Source of the DNA: an uncultured Anaerolineales bacterium
Lineage (GTDB): Bacteria; Chloroflexota; Anaerolineae; B4-G1; SLSP01
Reading direction: 5' to 3'
Assembly (NCBI GenBank): GCA_964586915.1
Contig: CAZPJP010000001.1
Location: 11,342 to 75,341 of the forward strand
DNA: 64,000 nucleotides
Positions 1-9,318 of this stretch are shown here, piece after piece; the first letter of the stretch is position 1; each line of letters starts with the position of its first letter. The translations under genes were made by a program, and so were the position numbers. The notes under the pieces are model-generated. The model was given only the letters and a program-made list of their open reading frames with translations, was not told where the DNA came from and did no database searches.

Positions 1-935
1 TTGGGCAGCAGGCCGATCCCGTTACCCAGCAATCGTTTCGTGCGCTTGAGCGCGATCAGCAGACGGATCCAGCCGAAGGGCCACAGTCGCCCGTCGATGG
101 CCTGCAAGGTTCTGGCGACATCGGGGAAGACGAAGGCGAACCCGGCGATCTCATCCTCTTTCATGACGACTTTCATAAGCTGGGGATCTGAAACGGTCAG
201 CAGCTGATCGGCGATCATCCGGACCTCGGCTTCGTCTATGGGGTAATAGCCCCAGACTTGGGTGAAGGCCTCGTTGTTCACGCGCTGGATGTCCGGGAGC
301 CAACTCCGCAGCTCGCCTTTGGTGGCGAAAGACTTCACCCAGAACCCCCGGCGCTTCTTGATGCGCTCTGCCAGATCGAAGATCCTCTCCGAAAGCTCTT
401 GCTCGGCGGTCATATAGCCCGAGAGGTAATCGACCTCCTTTTCAAAGCCGATCTCCGTCAGGAGCCGGGCGTAGTAGGGGTAATTGTAGGGGATACCCAT
501 CCCGGCTAGATGCTCAAAACCTTTGATGAGGACCCCGTAGGCGTCCGATCGCAGCATGCCCTTCGGCCCTAGCAGTGTGTCGAGGCTGCGCTCGCGAGCC
601 CAGCTCGCTGCTGCCTCGACCAGTCCCGCAGCAATCGTCGCGTCTTCGATGAGGTCGAAGTAGTAGAAGAAGGCCACATTGGAGTCCCTGTAGTCATTGT
701 AGCGGCGGTTTTCGAGGACGGCGATGCGTCCAACGGTGCGTCCATTCTCCATGGCGAGGAAGAAGGCGGCGTCGGAGTGGTTGTAGAATGGGTGTCGGCG
801 TCGGTTGAGCGCCAGCTTGACGCTGGAGACGAGGGGCGGCGTCCATTGCTCGCAGTCCGCGTATAGATCAAAGGGCAGCTGGACGAAGGCGCGGATGTCT
901 GTGGCGTTATGCGTGTCGACGGCGTGGATCTTCAT
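1..935 (-). CDS. GNAT-family N-acetyltransferase (C-terminal end cut by window edge)
   Basis: Not in the ORF track because there is no stop inside the window. My translation of the minus strand from ATG 935..933 gives MKIHAVDTHNATDIRAFVQLPFDLYADCEQWTPPLVSSVKLALNRRRHPFYNHSDAAFFLAMENGRTVGRIAVLENRRYN... and stays open to position 3. The layout resembles the ~380-aa GNAT-type acetyltransferase family. It starts 4 nt after the DegV stop, so it is probably in the same operon. Confidence 0.7.
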   Translation of the reverse strand, partial: MKIHAVDTHNATDIRAFVQLPFDLYADCEQWTPPLVSSVKLALNRRRHPFYNHSDAAFFLAMENGRTVGRIAVLENRRYNDYRDSNVAFFYYFDLIEDATIAAGLVEAAASWARERSLDTLLGPKGMLRSDAYGVLIKGFEHLAGMGIPYNYPYYARLLTEIGFEKEVDYLSGYMTAEQELSERIFDLAERIKKRRGFWVKSFATKGELRSWLPDIQRVNNEAFTQVWGYYPIDEAEVRMIADQLLTVSDPQLMKVVMKEDEIAGFAFVFPDVARTLQAIDGRLWPFGWIRLLIALKRTKRLLGNGIGLLP

Positions 936-939
936 AGAG

Positions 940-1794
940 CTATTCTGTGAAAAAACCAACACCCAGGACGCCCGGACCGCCATGGGTTACGACGGCGGGT
1001 GGGACCGCCATGACCGGGATATGGTCGAGTCCCAGTTCTTCGTTGAAGTAGGCGACCAAGTCTCGAGCCTCGTCCTCCGCCGCGGCGTGCATCACGCTCA
1101 GATATCCCTGATCGCCACGGGCGATCTGATCGACAACGAGCGTCTTGAGTCGGTCAACTGCTCGCTTGTGCGTACGCACCTTCTCCAGGGTGTCGACACC
1201 TCCCTCTTTCAAGGTCAGCACAGGCTTCACCTGCAGGACGCTGCCCAACAGCGCAGCCGCTCCACCGATGCGACCACCCATCGCCAGGTATTTGAGCGTA
1301 TCTACGAGGAAGTAGATCTTGCACCGGGCGCTCATCTCTTTAACGCGCGCTTCGATGGTGTCAGCGCTCTCCCCTTGCTCCGCCCATTCCGCCGCCAGGC
1401 GCAAGAGCGTCGCCACAGGACTGGCGATGAGGTTGGTGTCGATAATCCGGACATCGAGGTCATCAACGCCGCGCTCCAATGCCATCTGCAATCCGACAGT
1501 AGCCGAACGAACCGTGCCGCTGACGATCGCCGAGGGCAGGATACAGACGATCGACTCACCCGTGGACGCAAAGCGCTGGAAGACCTCAGCGAAGAGCTCT
1601 GGTGGGGGCGCCGCCGTCTTGGGAAGCTCTGTAGCCGTCTTGAGCTTCTCCATAAACGTGTCGTAGGTGATCTCGACACCCTCGAGATAGGACTCGTCGC
1701 CAAAGATGATGACTTGTGGAACGATGGGGATTGCGTACTTCTCTGCCAGTGATTCGGACAAACCAGATGTAGTATCGCCTACAATCTTAACCAT
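940..1794 (-). CDS. DegV family fatty-acid-binding protein
   Basis: ORF 940..2013 trimmed to the internal ATG at 1794 (MVKIVGDTTSGLSESLAEKYAIPIVPQVIIFGDESY...). It is ~284 aa and carries the DegV-like YLAMGGRIGGAAALLGSVLQVKPVL motif. The 73 upstream codons are Cys/Gly-rich with no RBS. Confidence 0.85.
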   Translation of the reverse strand: MVKIVGDTTSGLSESLAEKYAIPIVPQVIIFGDESYLEGVEITYDTFMEKLKTATELPKTAAPPPELFAEVFQRFASTGESIVCILPSAIVSGTVRSATVGLQMALERGVDDLDVRIIDTNLIASPVATLLRLAAEWAEQGESADTIEARVKEMSARCKIYFLVDTLKYLAMGGRIGGAAALLGSVLQVKPVLTLKEGGVDTLEKVRTHKRAVDRLKTLVVDQIARGDQGYLSVMHAAAEDEARDLVAYFNEELGLDHIPVMAVPPAVVTHGGPGVLGVGFFTE

Positions 1795-2277
1795 AATACC
1801 TTGCTCCTTTGTAGAACAGCATGTGCCACCACCCCAGTGGCATGTGTCACCAGGAAGGCACGAACAGCACAGAGCTTCTATCTCTGGGCAACCTGTGTCG
1901 CCGCGGCGCAGTAGCTCTTCCCCAGGGCGCTCAGGAATGAAATGAATGAAATAAAACGAACGAGCCCTGAAGTCTGCAGGAACTGCACACCACGGATAGC
2001 TTGGAGTCCCCAACGCCCCTTACAGATGACGGGGAATGGGTACAACCACGGTTCAACTGTCAAGGTGCTTTAAGGAGCCTCGGGGATCCCCAGCGTTGGG
2101 GATCCCTCATCTCCTCGCACAAGCTACGAGGGCGCCGGTGATGGCTTCCTGCTCGTTGAGCTAGTATTTCGCGGCTCAAGTTCCTGGCTGGTTTGGAGCC
2201 GTGCGCGCCGCGAAATAGCCAGGCAGTGGGGCGTTATCGACCTTACCTAACCAGCCATTCACTTACGCCCAATGGCG

Positions 2278-2964
2278 CTAGGACGATTTTGTCGGGAGAT
2301 ATTTGGCCAGCTTACTCGCCAGGTTCGCCAGGGGCAGGCTCTGCAGCCAGATTCGCCCCGGTCCCGTCAATGTCGCCAGGAACAGCCCTTCGCCGCCGAA
2401 CAGGACGTTGGTCAGCCCTTTGATCATCTGGATGTCATAGTCGACGGAAGGCTCAAAGAACGCAATGTGGCCCGGGTCGATACGCATTGACTCGCCCGCC
2501 GCCAGTGAGTACTCCCGAACCTCCCCGGGGATCTCAAGGAAGGCGTAACCGGGACCGGTGATCTGCTGCAAAATGAAGCCCTCGCCGCCGAAGAGGCCGG
2601 TTCCCAGCCGCTTGCGGAAGTGTATGCTGAGGCCCACGGAGTTCTCGGCGCACATAAATGCGTCGCGTTGGCAGATCATCGTCTGATTTTCGCCCAGTTT
2701 GATGGGAACGACCTTGCCAGGAGCCTCCGGAGTAAAGGTCACCAGTGCCTCTGCCGGTCCCTGATTCCGATAGGTTGTCATAAAGAGAGACTCACCCGCG
2801 AGCTTACGGCCCAGCCCGGCCATAAGACCGCCTTTGGTGTCTGTCTTCATCTCGATGTTGCCCTTCATCCAGGCCATACCACCCGATTCGGTGTACATGG
2901 ACTCGCCCTGGGGAAGATAGACGTCCAACGTCTGCATCACAGTGCCGTGAATCTCGTAGCGCAT
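2278..2964 (-). CDS. TIGR00266 / AIM24 (DUF124) family protein
   Basis: 228-aa ORF. MRYEIHGTVMQTLDVYLPQGESMYTESGGMAWM and the repeated GGEG(F/L) motifs are typical of this family. Confidence 0.8.
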   Translation of the reverse strand: MRYEIHGTVMQTLDVYLPQGESMYTESGGMAWMKGNIEMKTDTKGGLMAGLGRKLAGESLFMTTYRNQGPAEALVTFTPEAPGKVVPIKLGENQTMICQRDAFMCAENSVGLSIHFRKRLGTGLFGGEGFILQQITGPGYAFLEIPGEVREYSLAAGESMRIDPGHIAFFEPSVDYDIQMIKGLTNVLFGGEGLFLATLTGPGRIWLQSLPLANLASKLAKYLPTKSS

Positions 2965-3180
2965 GTTAGGTCCTCCTGTCTTTCACGAATTGGCTGTTGG
3001 TGAGGCTGGAAGCGATAGCCGCACCTAAAAACTGCAGATGGCGCGAAGCTGAAGAAGTGATAGCCATCGGCCTATAATTCGGCTGTGACGTATGGCCTGA
3101 CGCTCCCTGCCAGCGTGATGAATTCGCCCGCAACGCGATTATAGCACAGCGCCTTGGGCCTGCCATGGTGCGTCGAGGGC

Positions 3181-4065
3181 CTATGTCGTCTTGGGCTTGA
3201 GCGCCTCGGCTACGGCTTGAATGTGCTCAGGCGTGCTGCCGCAGCAGCCACCAAAGATCTTGACGCCAGCCTGCTCGACGAAGCGTCGTGCGTAGTCCGC
3301 CATGACCGCTGGCGTAACGTCGTATACGAGCTCGCTGCCTTCAGCGTGGGGGAGTCCGGCATTGGGCTTCGCCATCAGGATGGCGTCCGGCGCAGCCTCG
3401 CGCATCTTGAGGATCGCCTCGAGCGTCTCGCTCAGCGTTCGACCGCAGTTCGCCCCCATCACATTGACGCCGAGCGATCGCAGCGTCTTGGCTGCCTGCT
3501 CTGGTTTCACACCCATCATCGTACGACCCTTGGTGTCGAAGCTCATCGTCACCAACAGCGGCAAATCTGTGACCTGCCGGACGCCCTCAATCGCCGCCTG
3601 AACCTCTGTCAGATCACTCATCGTTTCGACAAGAATGACGTGGACGCCCCCCTCAGCAAGGGCCCTGGCTTGCTCGGCAAAAGCAGCCGCCGCATCCTCG
3701 TAGGTCAGCGTGCCCAACGGCGCCAGCATCTCACCGGTGGGCCCGATGTCGCCTGCAACCAGCGTCGTCTCTTCCGCGACTTCGCAGGCGAGGCGAGCGG
3801 CGGCGCGATTGACCTCCGCTGCCCGGTCGGCCAATCCCTCGCGCTTCAGGCGGATCGCGGAGCCGCCGAAGGTGTTGGTGAGAATCATATCCGAGCCTGC
3901 GTTGATGTAGCTGCGGTGCAGCGTCCGCACCGCGTCGGGGTTCTCCAGGTTCCATCGCTCCGGAGCTGCCCCTGCGGGCAAGCCGGCCTCTTGCAGCATC
4001 GTGCCGGTCGCGCCATCGGCGATCAAAATCGTGTTTGTGGCCAGGGCGGCCTCAAATTCGGACAT
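3181..4065 (-). CDS. Homocysteine S-methyltransferase domain protein (stand-alone)
   Basis: 294-aa ORF. It has ILIADGATGTML near the N-terminus plus GANCG and GGCCGSTPEHI Cys motifs (zinc ligands of the Hcy-binding barrel). No pterin or B12 modules are attached. Confidence 0.85.
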   Translation of the reverse strand: MSEFEAALATNTILIADGATGTMLQEAGLPAGAAPERWNLENPDAVRTLHRSYINAGSDMILTNTFGGSAIRLKREGLADRAAEVNRAAARLACEVAEETTLVAGDIGPTGEMLAPLGTLTYEDAAAAFAEQARALAEGGVHVILVETMSDLTEVQAAIEGVRQVTDLPLLVTMSFDTKGRTMMGVKPEQAAKTLRSLGVNVMGANCGRTLSETLEAILKMREAAPDAILMAKPNAGLPHAEGSELVYDVTPAVMADYARRFVEQAGVKIFGGCCGSTPEHIQAVAEALKPKTT

Positions 4066-4186
4066 CGGTGCTCACCTCCTGTCATTCTATAGGGGGGCAA
4101 AAGATCGAATCGACATTATCATACCACAGAAGCATCTTGGACTGAAAAGGACGGCAGGGCAAGACGGCCGTTGAAGCCTTCATGCT

Positions 4187-4214
4187 TTGACGAGATGCAG
4201 GGGGATCCTATACT
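4187..4214 (+). promoter_or_regulatory. Sigma-70-like promoter
   Basis: TTGACG (4187..4192), 16 nt spacer, TATACT (4209..4214), about 80 nt upstream of ATG 4295. Motif match only. Confidence 0.4.
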
Positions 4215-4294
4215 CTAGTTGTGAGGCAATGTCCTGGGAATTGTCTGAAGTATGGGGATGTTCGGTTAGTACGATCAGCATTAAGGAGGGTGAG

Positions 4295-4885
4295 ATGAAC
4301 GAGCTTGTGAGCCAGACGGTCTATTTCGCCGAGTGGGGACCGGCCAACACCGATCGGACGTTGGCCCTCGTTGCGGAACGGGCCGAGGCCCTGGGTATCC
4401 AAACGGTGCTGGTGGCCACGACCAGTGGGGCCACCGGGCTGCAGGCTGTGGAGACGCTGGTCGATTTGAATGTTATCGCGGTGACGCACTCGGCTGGTTT
4501 CCGCGAGCCTTATGCCGTCGAGCACGACCGCGCTGTCTGCGAGAGCATCGAGGCCGCCGGTGGTAAGGTGCTGACCGCGACCCACGCGTTCGGCGGGGTC
4601 GGGCGCGCCGTCCGGAAGAAGTTGGACACCTACCAGACGGAGGAGATCATCGCTTTCACGCTTCGTCTCTTTGGCCAGGGGATGAAGGTGGCAGCCGAGA
4701 TCGCGCTGATGGCCTCGGATGCGGGCCTCGTGCCATCGTCTGACCCGTTGATTGCCGTAAGCGGGACCGGCCGAGGCGCTGATACGGCGGTGGTTATGCG
4801 GCCCACCCACGCACAGACCTTCTTCGATCTACGGTTCCTGGAGGTCATCTGCATGCCCGCGCCGGGCCACCCGACCTTTGCCTAA
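4295..4885 (+). CDS. Pyruvate kinase alpha/beta (C-terminal)-domain-like protein
   Basis: ORF 4187..4885 trimmed to ATG 4295, which is preceded by AAGGAGG (4283..4289). The ~196-aa product (MNELVSQTVYFAEWGPANTDRTLALVAERAEALGIQTVLVATTSGATG...GTGRGADTAVV) resembles stand-alone PK C-terminal-domain proteins. Confidence 0.7.
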   Translation: MNELVSQTVYFAEWGPANTDRTLALVAERAEALGIQTVLVATTSGATGLQAVETLVDLNVIAVTHSAGFREPYAVEHDRAVCESIEAAGGKVLTATHAFGGVGRAVRKKLDTYQTEEIIAFTLRLFGQGMKVAAEIALMASDAGLVPSSDPLIAVSGTGRGADTAVVMRPTHAQTFFDLRFLEVICMPAPGHPTFA

Positions 4886-5038
4886 GCAGTCTCGGGTTCG
4901 ACCACGGAGCGCACTGCGCAGACGCGTTCAGCGATGCGACCCCCTCCACAGGGAACTTATGCCGCTCCTCCCGCGTCTATAGAGTGATGGCATCATTCAT
5001 GATGAGATCAATATCCAGACCTGGAGGAGGTCATACAA

Positions 5039-6343
5039 ATGCGATCCTATGCAAAGCGCTTTGTGCTGCTACTGTTCCTGTTGGGGCTCGTGGGGTGCGG
5101 GCTAAACCCGCTGGGTGACAACGCTATGGGAGACAACATCGTCCTGGCAGCCTCAGACGCGTCGCGCATCACGCAGCCCGATGTCGATGAGCAGACGCTC
5201 GGGCAGCTCGTAGAGGACAATCAGGCGTTTGCCCTGGAACTCTACCGCTACCTCGCTGACCGGTCACAGGACGACCTTTTTCTCTCGCCCCACAGCATCT
5301 CGGTGGCGCTTGCGATGACGTATGCCGGCGCACGCGGCGAGACTGAAGCGCAGATGGCGGAGGCGCTCCGTTTCACACTGCCTCAGGATGAGCTCCACGC
5401 CGCGTTTAATCAGCTGGATCTGATCTTGAGCGCGCGCGGGGAGGACGCAAAGGGCAAGGATGGTGAGGGCTTCCGCCTGCACGTCGTCAACGCACTGTGG
5501 GGCCAACAGGGGTACGACTTTGAGGAGACGTTCCTCGACACGCTCGCCCGGAACTATGGCGCGGGCCTGCGCCTCGTGGACTTTGTGGAGGATGCTGAAG
5601 GGGCTCGCCAGACGATCAACGCCTGGGTCAGCGAACAGACCGAGGGACGCATCGAGGATCTGATCCCCCAAGGGGTGCTCGATGCGCTCACGCGCCTGGT
5701 CCTGACGAACGCGATCTACTTCAACGCTGCCTGGGCCGAGCCCTTTGAGGAGGATATGACCGAGGATGGCCCCTTCTACCTTCTCGACGGGAGTTCCGTC
5801 GAGGTTCCGATGATGCACCAGACGGAGCACTTCGGCTACACGGCCGGAGAGGGCTATCAGGCAGTGGAGCTTCCCTACGACGGACGCGAACTGTCGATGG
5901 TGATCCTGCTGCCAGACTCTGACGAGTTCGCCGCTTTCGAGCGCGACCTCGACCGGGAGACGCTGGTAACGATCCTCAGTGCGCTGCGGAGCCAGCGTGT
6001 TAACCTGGCAATGCCCCGGTTTGAGTTCTCATCGAAGTTCAGCCTGACCGATGCGCTCTCCGAGCTCGGCATGCCCGTGGCCTTCACTGAGGAGGCCGAC
6101 TTCTCCGGCATGAACGGTCGGCGGGAACTGATGATCACCGATGTGCTCCACCAGGCTTTCGTCTCCGTCGACGAGGAGGGCACCGAGGCAGCAGCCGCGA
6201 CCGCCGTCGTCGTCGGTTTGACCTCGGCGATGCCCGAGGAGCCGGTGGAGATGACGGTGGATCGCCCCTTCATCTTCCTGATTCGCGATATCGAGACCGG
6301 GGCGCTGCTCTTCGTCGGTCGTACGCTGAACCCGGCGGACTAG
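5039..6343 (+). CDS. Serpin family protease inhibitor, predicted lipoprotein
   Basis: 434 aa with a GGAGGAGG RBS. It has a lipoprotein-type signal (LLLFLLGLVGC) and a serpin hinge/reactive-centre loop EEGTEAAAATAVVVGLTSAMPEEP followed by DRPFIFLIRD. Confidence 0.9.
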   Translation: MRSYAKRFVLLLFLLGLVGCGLNPLGDNAMGDNIVLAASDASRITQPDVDEQTLGQLVEDNQAFALELYRYLADRSQDDLFLSPHSISVALAMTYAGARGETEAQMAEALRFTLPQDELHAAFNQLDLILSARGEDAKGKDGEGFRLHVVNALWGQQGYDFEETFLDTLARNYGAGLRLVDFVEDAEGARQTINAWVSEQTEGRIEDLIPQGVLDALTRLVLTNAIYFNAAWAEPFEEDMTEDGPFYLLDGSSVEVPMMHQTEHFGYTAGEGYQAVELPYDGRELSMVILLPDSDEFAAFERDLDRETLVTILSALRSQRVNLAMPRFEFSSKFSLTDALSELGMPVAFTEEADFSGMNGRRELMITDVLHQAFVSVDEEGTEAAAATAVVVGLTSAMPEEPVEMTVDRPFIFLIRDIETGALLFVGRTLNPAD

Positions 6344-6509
6344 ATCACCGAATTCTGTTTGACGCCCGGCAGGCGCCACGTAGTGGTCCTGTCGGGCGTT
6401 GTTGTGTGCCCTGACGCTTCGGGACGATGGTGCGCGCTCGGCATCAGCCGCAGCAGGTAAGCCTACAACCTCGTGTCCAGCGAAATGATGGTGCTATCGA
6501 AGGGGGTCG

Positions 6510-6537
6510 TTGACGAGCATGGAGGATCGACTATACT
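6510..6537 (+). promoter_or_regulatory. Sigma-70-like promoter at the head of the rSAM cluster
   Basis: TTGACG (6510..6515), 16 nt spacer, TATACT (6532..6537), 39 nt upstream of ATG 6577. The hexamers and spacing are the same as at 4187..4214. Confidence 0.4.
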
Positions 6538-6576
6538 ACGTGCTGCAACCCCAAAACGCCTGTGGAGGAGAACGCG

Positions 6577-6918
6577 ATGGAGCTTCTAACCTACCTGATT
6601 GCAGCCGTAGTAGCCTTCTTCGGGTTTATGTTCGTGGTGGGATCGCAGGGCCAGGTTATCCGCATCGTCGTGGGTCTGATCCTCTTCGCTGCGGCCGGCG
6701 TGCTCATCTACCTGACGCGCGTTCGCCCCAAGCGGGAAGAACATACTCACATCCAGAAGATCGACCTATCGGGTGACGTACACCTGGAGCAGTTGAAGTG
6801 CCGGTCCTGCGGCGGCGCGCTGAGTAATGACAATCTCGAAGTCAAGGCCGGCGCCATCTTCGTCGAGTGCCCCTACTGCGGGGCCTCTTACCAGATCGAA
6901 GAAGCCCCGAAGTGGTGA
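6577..6918 (+). CDS. Small membrane protein with C-terminal zinc ribbon
   Basis: ORF 6562..6918 trimmed to ATG 6577 (GGAGGAG lies 6 nt upstream). It has two hydrophobic helices, then CRSCGG...CPYCG (a CxxC...CxxC zinc-ribbon pattern). Confidence 0.6.
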   Translation: MELLTYLIAAVVAFFGFMFVVGSQGQVIRIVVGLILFAAAGVLIYLTRVRPKREEHTHIQKIDLSGDVHLEQLKCRSCGGALSNDNLEVKAGAIFVECPYCGASYQIEEAPKW

Positions 6919-7140
6919 ACGCCGCGCTTGAGTCTCCCCTGTTGCGCTCCTGCCGGTGTAGCCTTCGATATTCCGTCTGTTCGTCTCCGGCGTTCAACTG
7001 GGGTTCAGTCCTTTGACATCAGCTTAAGCGCCGGAAGCTCCTCTTTGGAAAAGGCTGGCGTTGTACGGCTCCTGGTCGTACGGTATCAAGGTTTAGCTGC
7101 AACCCGGCGTCGTTTCGCCCGTAACCATATATAGAGAAAC

Positions 7141-8646
7141 ATGAATCTATCATTGGAGTGGCATCGTCTGGTCACTACCGTCCGGGAGTTGCTGCAGCCT
7201 GGGTCGGTGGCAATCGCTCCCGGCCTCTACAGCTATCCCCTAGCGTTGGACGGGGGACAGCGGCGTGTGCATCTGCGCGTCAAGCAGGACGGCTCGGGCG
7301 TGCTCTTCGTCGACGTCACGGACGTCATCCACCTCAACGCAACCGCTGTCGCGATGATTAAGCTCGCGCTAGACGACGTCCCGCAGGCCGAGGCGCTAGA
7401 TCGGTTGGTCCGTCGCTATCGCGGCGTCACCCGTGCAGAGCTCTCGCAAGCCGTCGGGACGATGTATGACTTAGTCCACCGTCTCCGCGAGAACGACAGC
7501 CCCTGTCCGACATGCGCGCTTGGACCGCTCCTGGAGTTCCAGCCGGTCTTCAGCACTCCCGTCACGGCGCCGTACAAGGTCGACATGGCCCTGACCTACG
7601 CCTGTAACAACGCCTGTCCGCACTGCTACAACGAGCAGGAGCGGTTTGCCATGACCTCGCTCACGACGCGGGACTGGATGAGGGTCTTGGACAAGGTGGC
7701 GGAGATCGGGATTCCGCACGTCATCCTGACTGGGGGGGAGCCGACGCTCCATCCAGCCCTACTACATCTGATTCGCTATGCCGATGGACTCGGACTGATC
7801 GTCGGTATGAACAGCAACGGACGTCGCCTCGCGGATCCATCGCTGGCCACATCGCTGGAGGCAGCTGGGCTCAATCACGTTCAGATCACGCTCGAGTCGT
7901 GCTATCCTTCCATTCACGACGAGATGGTGGGCGCACAGGGGGCCTTCGAGGAGACGGTCGAGGGGATCAAGCGCGCACTAGACGCCGGCATCCACACGAT
8001 CACCAACACGACGGTTACCCGGCAGAATCAGGATCACGTGCTCAATATCATTGGTTTTCTCCACGACCTGGGCCTGCAGACCTTCGCGATGAATGGCATC
8101 ATCCACGCCGGGGGTGGCGTGACGACGCCCGCTGCCATCCCGGCTGAGGAGATGTCCACGTTGCTGGTCGCGGTGCGGGAGGAGGCCGAGCGACTCAATA
8201 TGCGGTTTCTCTGGTACACTGTGACCGATTACTGTCGCCTGTCACCCGTAGCGCTGGGCCTGCCGCCCAAACGCTGCAATGCAGCCGAATACTCAATGTG
8301 CATCGAGCCCAATGGCGATGTCCTCCCTTGCCAATCCTACTACGTCGCGGCAGGCAACATCCTCGCCGATCCGTGGGAGAGTATATGGAACAGTGACCTC
8401 TTCCTCAGCTTCCGGAATCGTGAGCAGGCCCCGGAAGCCGCGGGATTGCCGGAGGCATGCTGGGACTGTCCAGATCTGGAGATGTGCGGTGGGGGATGCC
8501 GGTTGGAGCGTGAAGCGCGCGCTGGGATCCGAGCGATCGAGCGCGGCTGCACGCGTGCTCCCCGACGGGGATCCGGTCGAGGCGTGCAGCTCACCGGCGA
8601 GCGGCGGCGGACGCGAGAGAACGTCCTGACCGGGACTCAACGCTAG
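7141..8646 (+). CDS. Radical SAM/SPASM enzyme with N-terminal PqqD-like (RRE) domain
   Basis: 501 aa. The CX3CX2C motif is CNNACPHC (Cys codons at 7603, 7615, 7624), followed by GGEPTL. SPASM-type Cys motifs are present (CIEPNGDVLPCQ ... CWDCPDLEMCGGGC). Residues ~45-118 (DGSGVLFVDVTDVIHLNATAVAMIKLAL...LSQAVGTMYDLVHRL) look like a PqqD-type peptide-recognition element. Confidence 0.9.
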   Translation: MNLSLEWHRLVTTVRELLQPGSVAIAPGLYSYPLALDGGQRRVHLRVKQDGSGVLFVDVTDVIHLNATAVAMIKLALDDVPQAEALDRLVRRYRGVTRAELSQAVGTMYDLVHRLRENDSPCPTCALGPLLEFQPVFSTPVTAPYKVDMALTYACNNACPHCYNEQERFAMTSLTTRDWMRVLDKVAEIGIPHVILTGGEPTLHPALLHLIRYADGLGLIVGMNSNGRRLADPSLATSLEAAGLNHVQITLESCYPSIHDEMVGAQGAFEETVEGIKRALDAGIHTITNTTVTRQNQDHVLNIIGFLHDLGLQTFAMNGIIHAGGGVTTPAAIPAEEMSTLLVAVREEAERLNMRFLWYTVTDYCRLSPVALGLPPKRCNAAEYSMCIEPNGDVLPCQSYYVAAGNILADPWESIWNSDLFLSFRNREQAPEAAGLPEACWDCPDLEMCGGGCRLEREARAGIRAIERGCTRAPRRGSGRGVQLTGERRRTRENVLTGTQR

Positions 8647-8755
8647 GGTCAGATGCGCGAAGCTCCCTCAATGGAGCCCCCGCCGGGGGGCACAAGAGCA
8701 GGTCTGAGCGGTGTGCGCCTGATGCCGGATTTCCAAACCACGCAGGAGGGATGGC

Positions 8756-9292
8756 ATGATAAAGGGACCACGAGCGTTTGTCCGGGCACTCGGTATCGCC
8801 CTGATTCTCCTGGGCATCCTGGCCCTGGTCGGCCAATTTCTGCAGCTGAACATCGGCGCTTTCGTGTGGCCTTTCTTCGTCATCGTGCCTGGCGTCCTGA
8901 TCTTCCTCTTCGCGGTTGCCGCCGACGTGCCTTTAAGCGAGCCTTTCGCGATGGTGAGCGGGATGGTCACGATGGTCGGGTTGGTGCTTCTCTATCAAAG
9001 TGTCACAGGACATTGGACCAGCTGGGCCTACGTGTGGGCCCTGATTACACCGACCGGGATCGGCCTGGCCGAGATGCTCTATGGATGGAGCAAAGGCAGG
9101 GAGAGCGCGGTGAGGACCGGTTCGACCCTGGTGAACATCGGGTTGATCATGTTTCTCGTGGGACTGGTCTTCTTTGAGTTGATTCTCAATATCAGCGGTC
9201 TCGGCCTGGACTTCGTCGGATGGCCGATCCTCTTCATCGGCCTCGGACTGCTTGCCCTCATTCGGGGGCTGCTGGTTGCACGCCGACCGTGA
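8756..9292 (+). CDS. Polytopic membrane protein, function unknown
   Basis: 178 aa with an AGGAGGG RBS. About 5-6 hydrophobic helices; no recognisable catalytic motif. Confidence 0.6.
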   Translation: MIKGPRAFVRALGIALILLGILALVGQFLQLNIGAFVWPFFVIVPGVLIFLFAVAADVPLSEPFAMVSGMVTMVGLVLLYQSVTGHWTSWAYVWALITPTGIGLAEMLYGWSKGRESAVRTGSTLVNIGLIMFLVGLVFFELILNISGLGLDFVGWPILFIGLGLLALIRGLLVARRP

Positions 9293-9318
9293 CTTAGGAG
9301 CATTTCATACAGTGGATA

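Noticed and set aside
805-1752. 315-aa plus-strand ORF
   Set aside because: It lies antisense to the well-supported DegV gene, has an Arg/Asp-rich composition with no domain signature, and is a typical high-GC shadow ORF.
2083-2107. 10-bp perfect hairpin gggatcccca-gcgt-tggggatccc (two GGATCC palindromes) as a terminator after the AIM24-family gene
   Set aside because: There is no U-tract on either strand and it lies 170 nt from the stop. It could be structural or regulatory, but the evidence is not enough to call it.
4066-4186. Possible SAM or B12 riboswitch upstream of the homocysteine methyltransferase gene
   Set aside because: The leader is short and I could not find B12-box or SAM-I-like conserved cores.
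6928-7134. 68-aa TTG-initiated ORF (MSLPCCAPAG...) as a possible precursor peptide for the radical SAM enzyme
   Set aside because: It has no RBS, a TTG start and no ATG anywhere in the 222-nt gap. Its composition is Arg/Ser-rich and unlike a leader-core peptide. It is kept only as an untested alternative.
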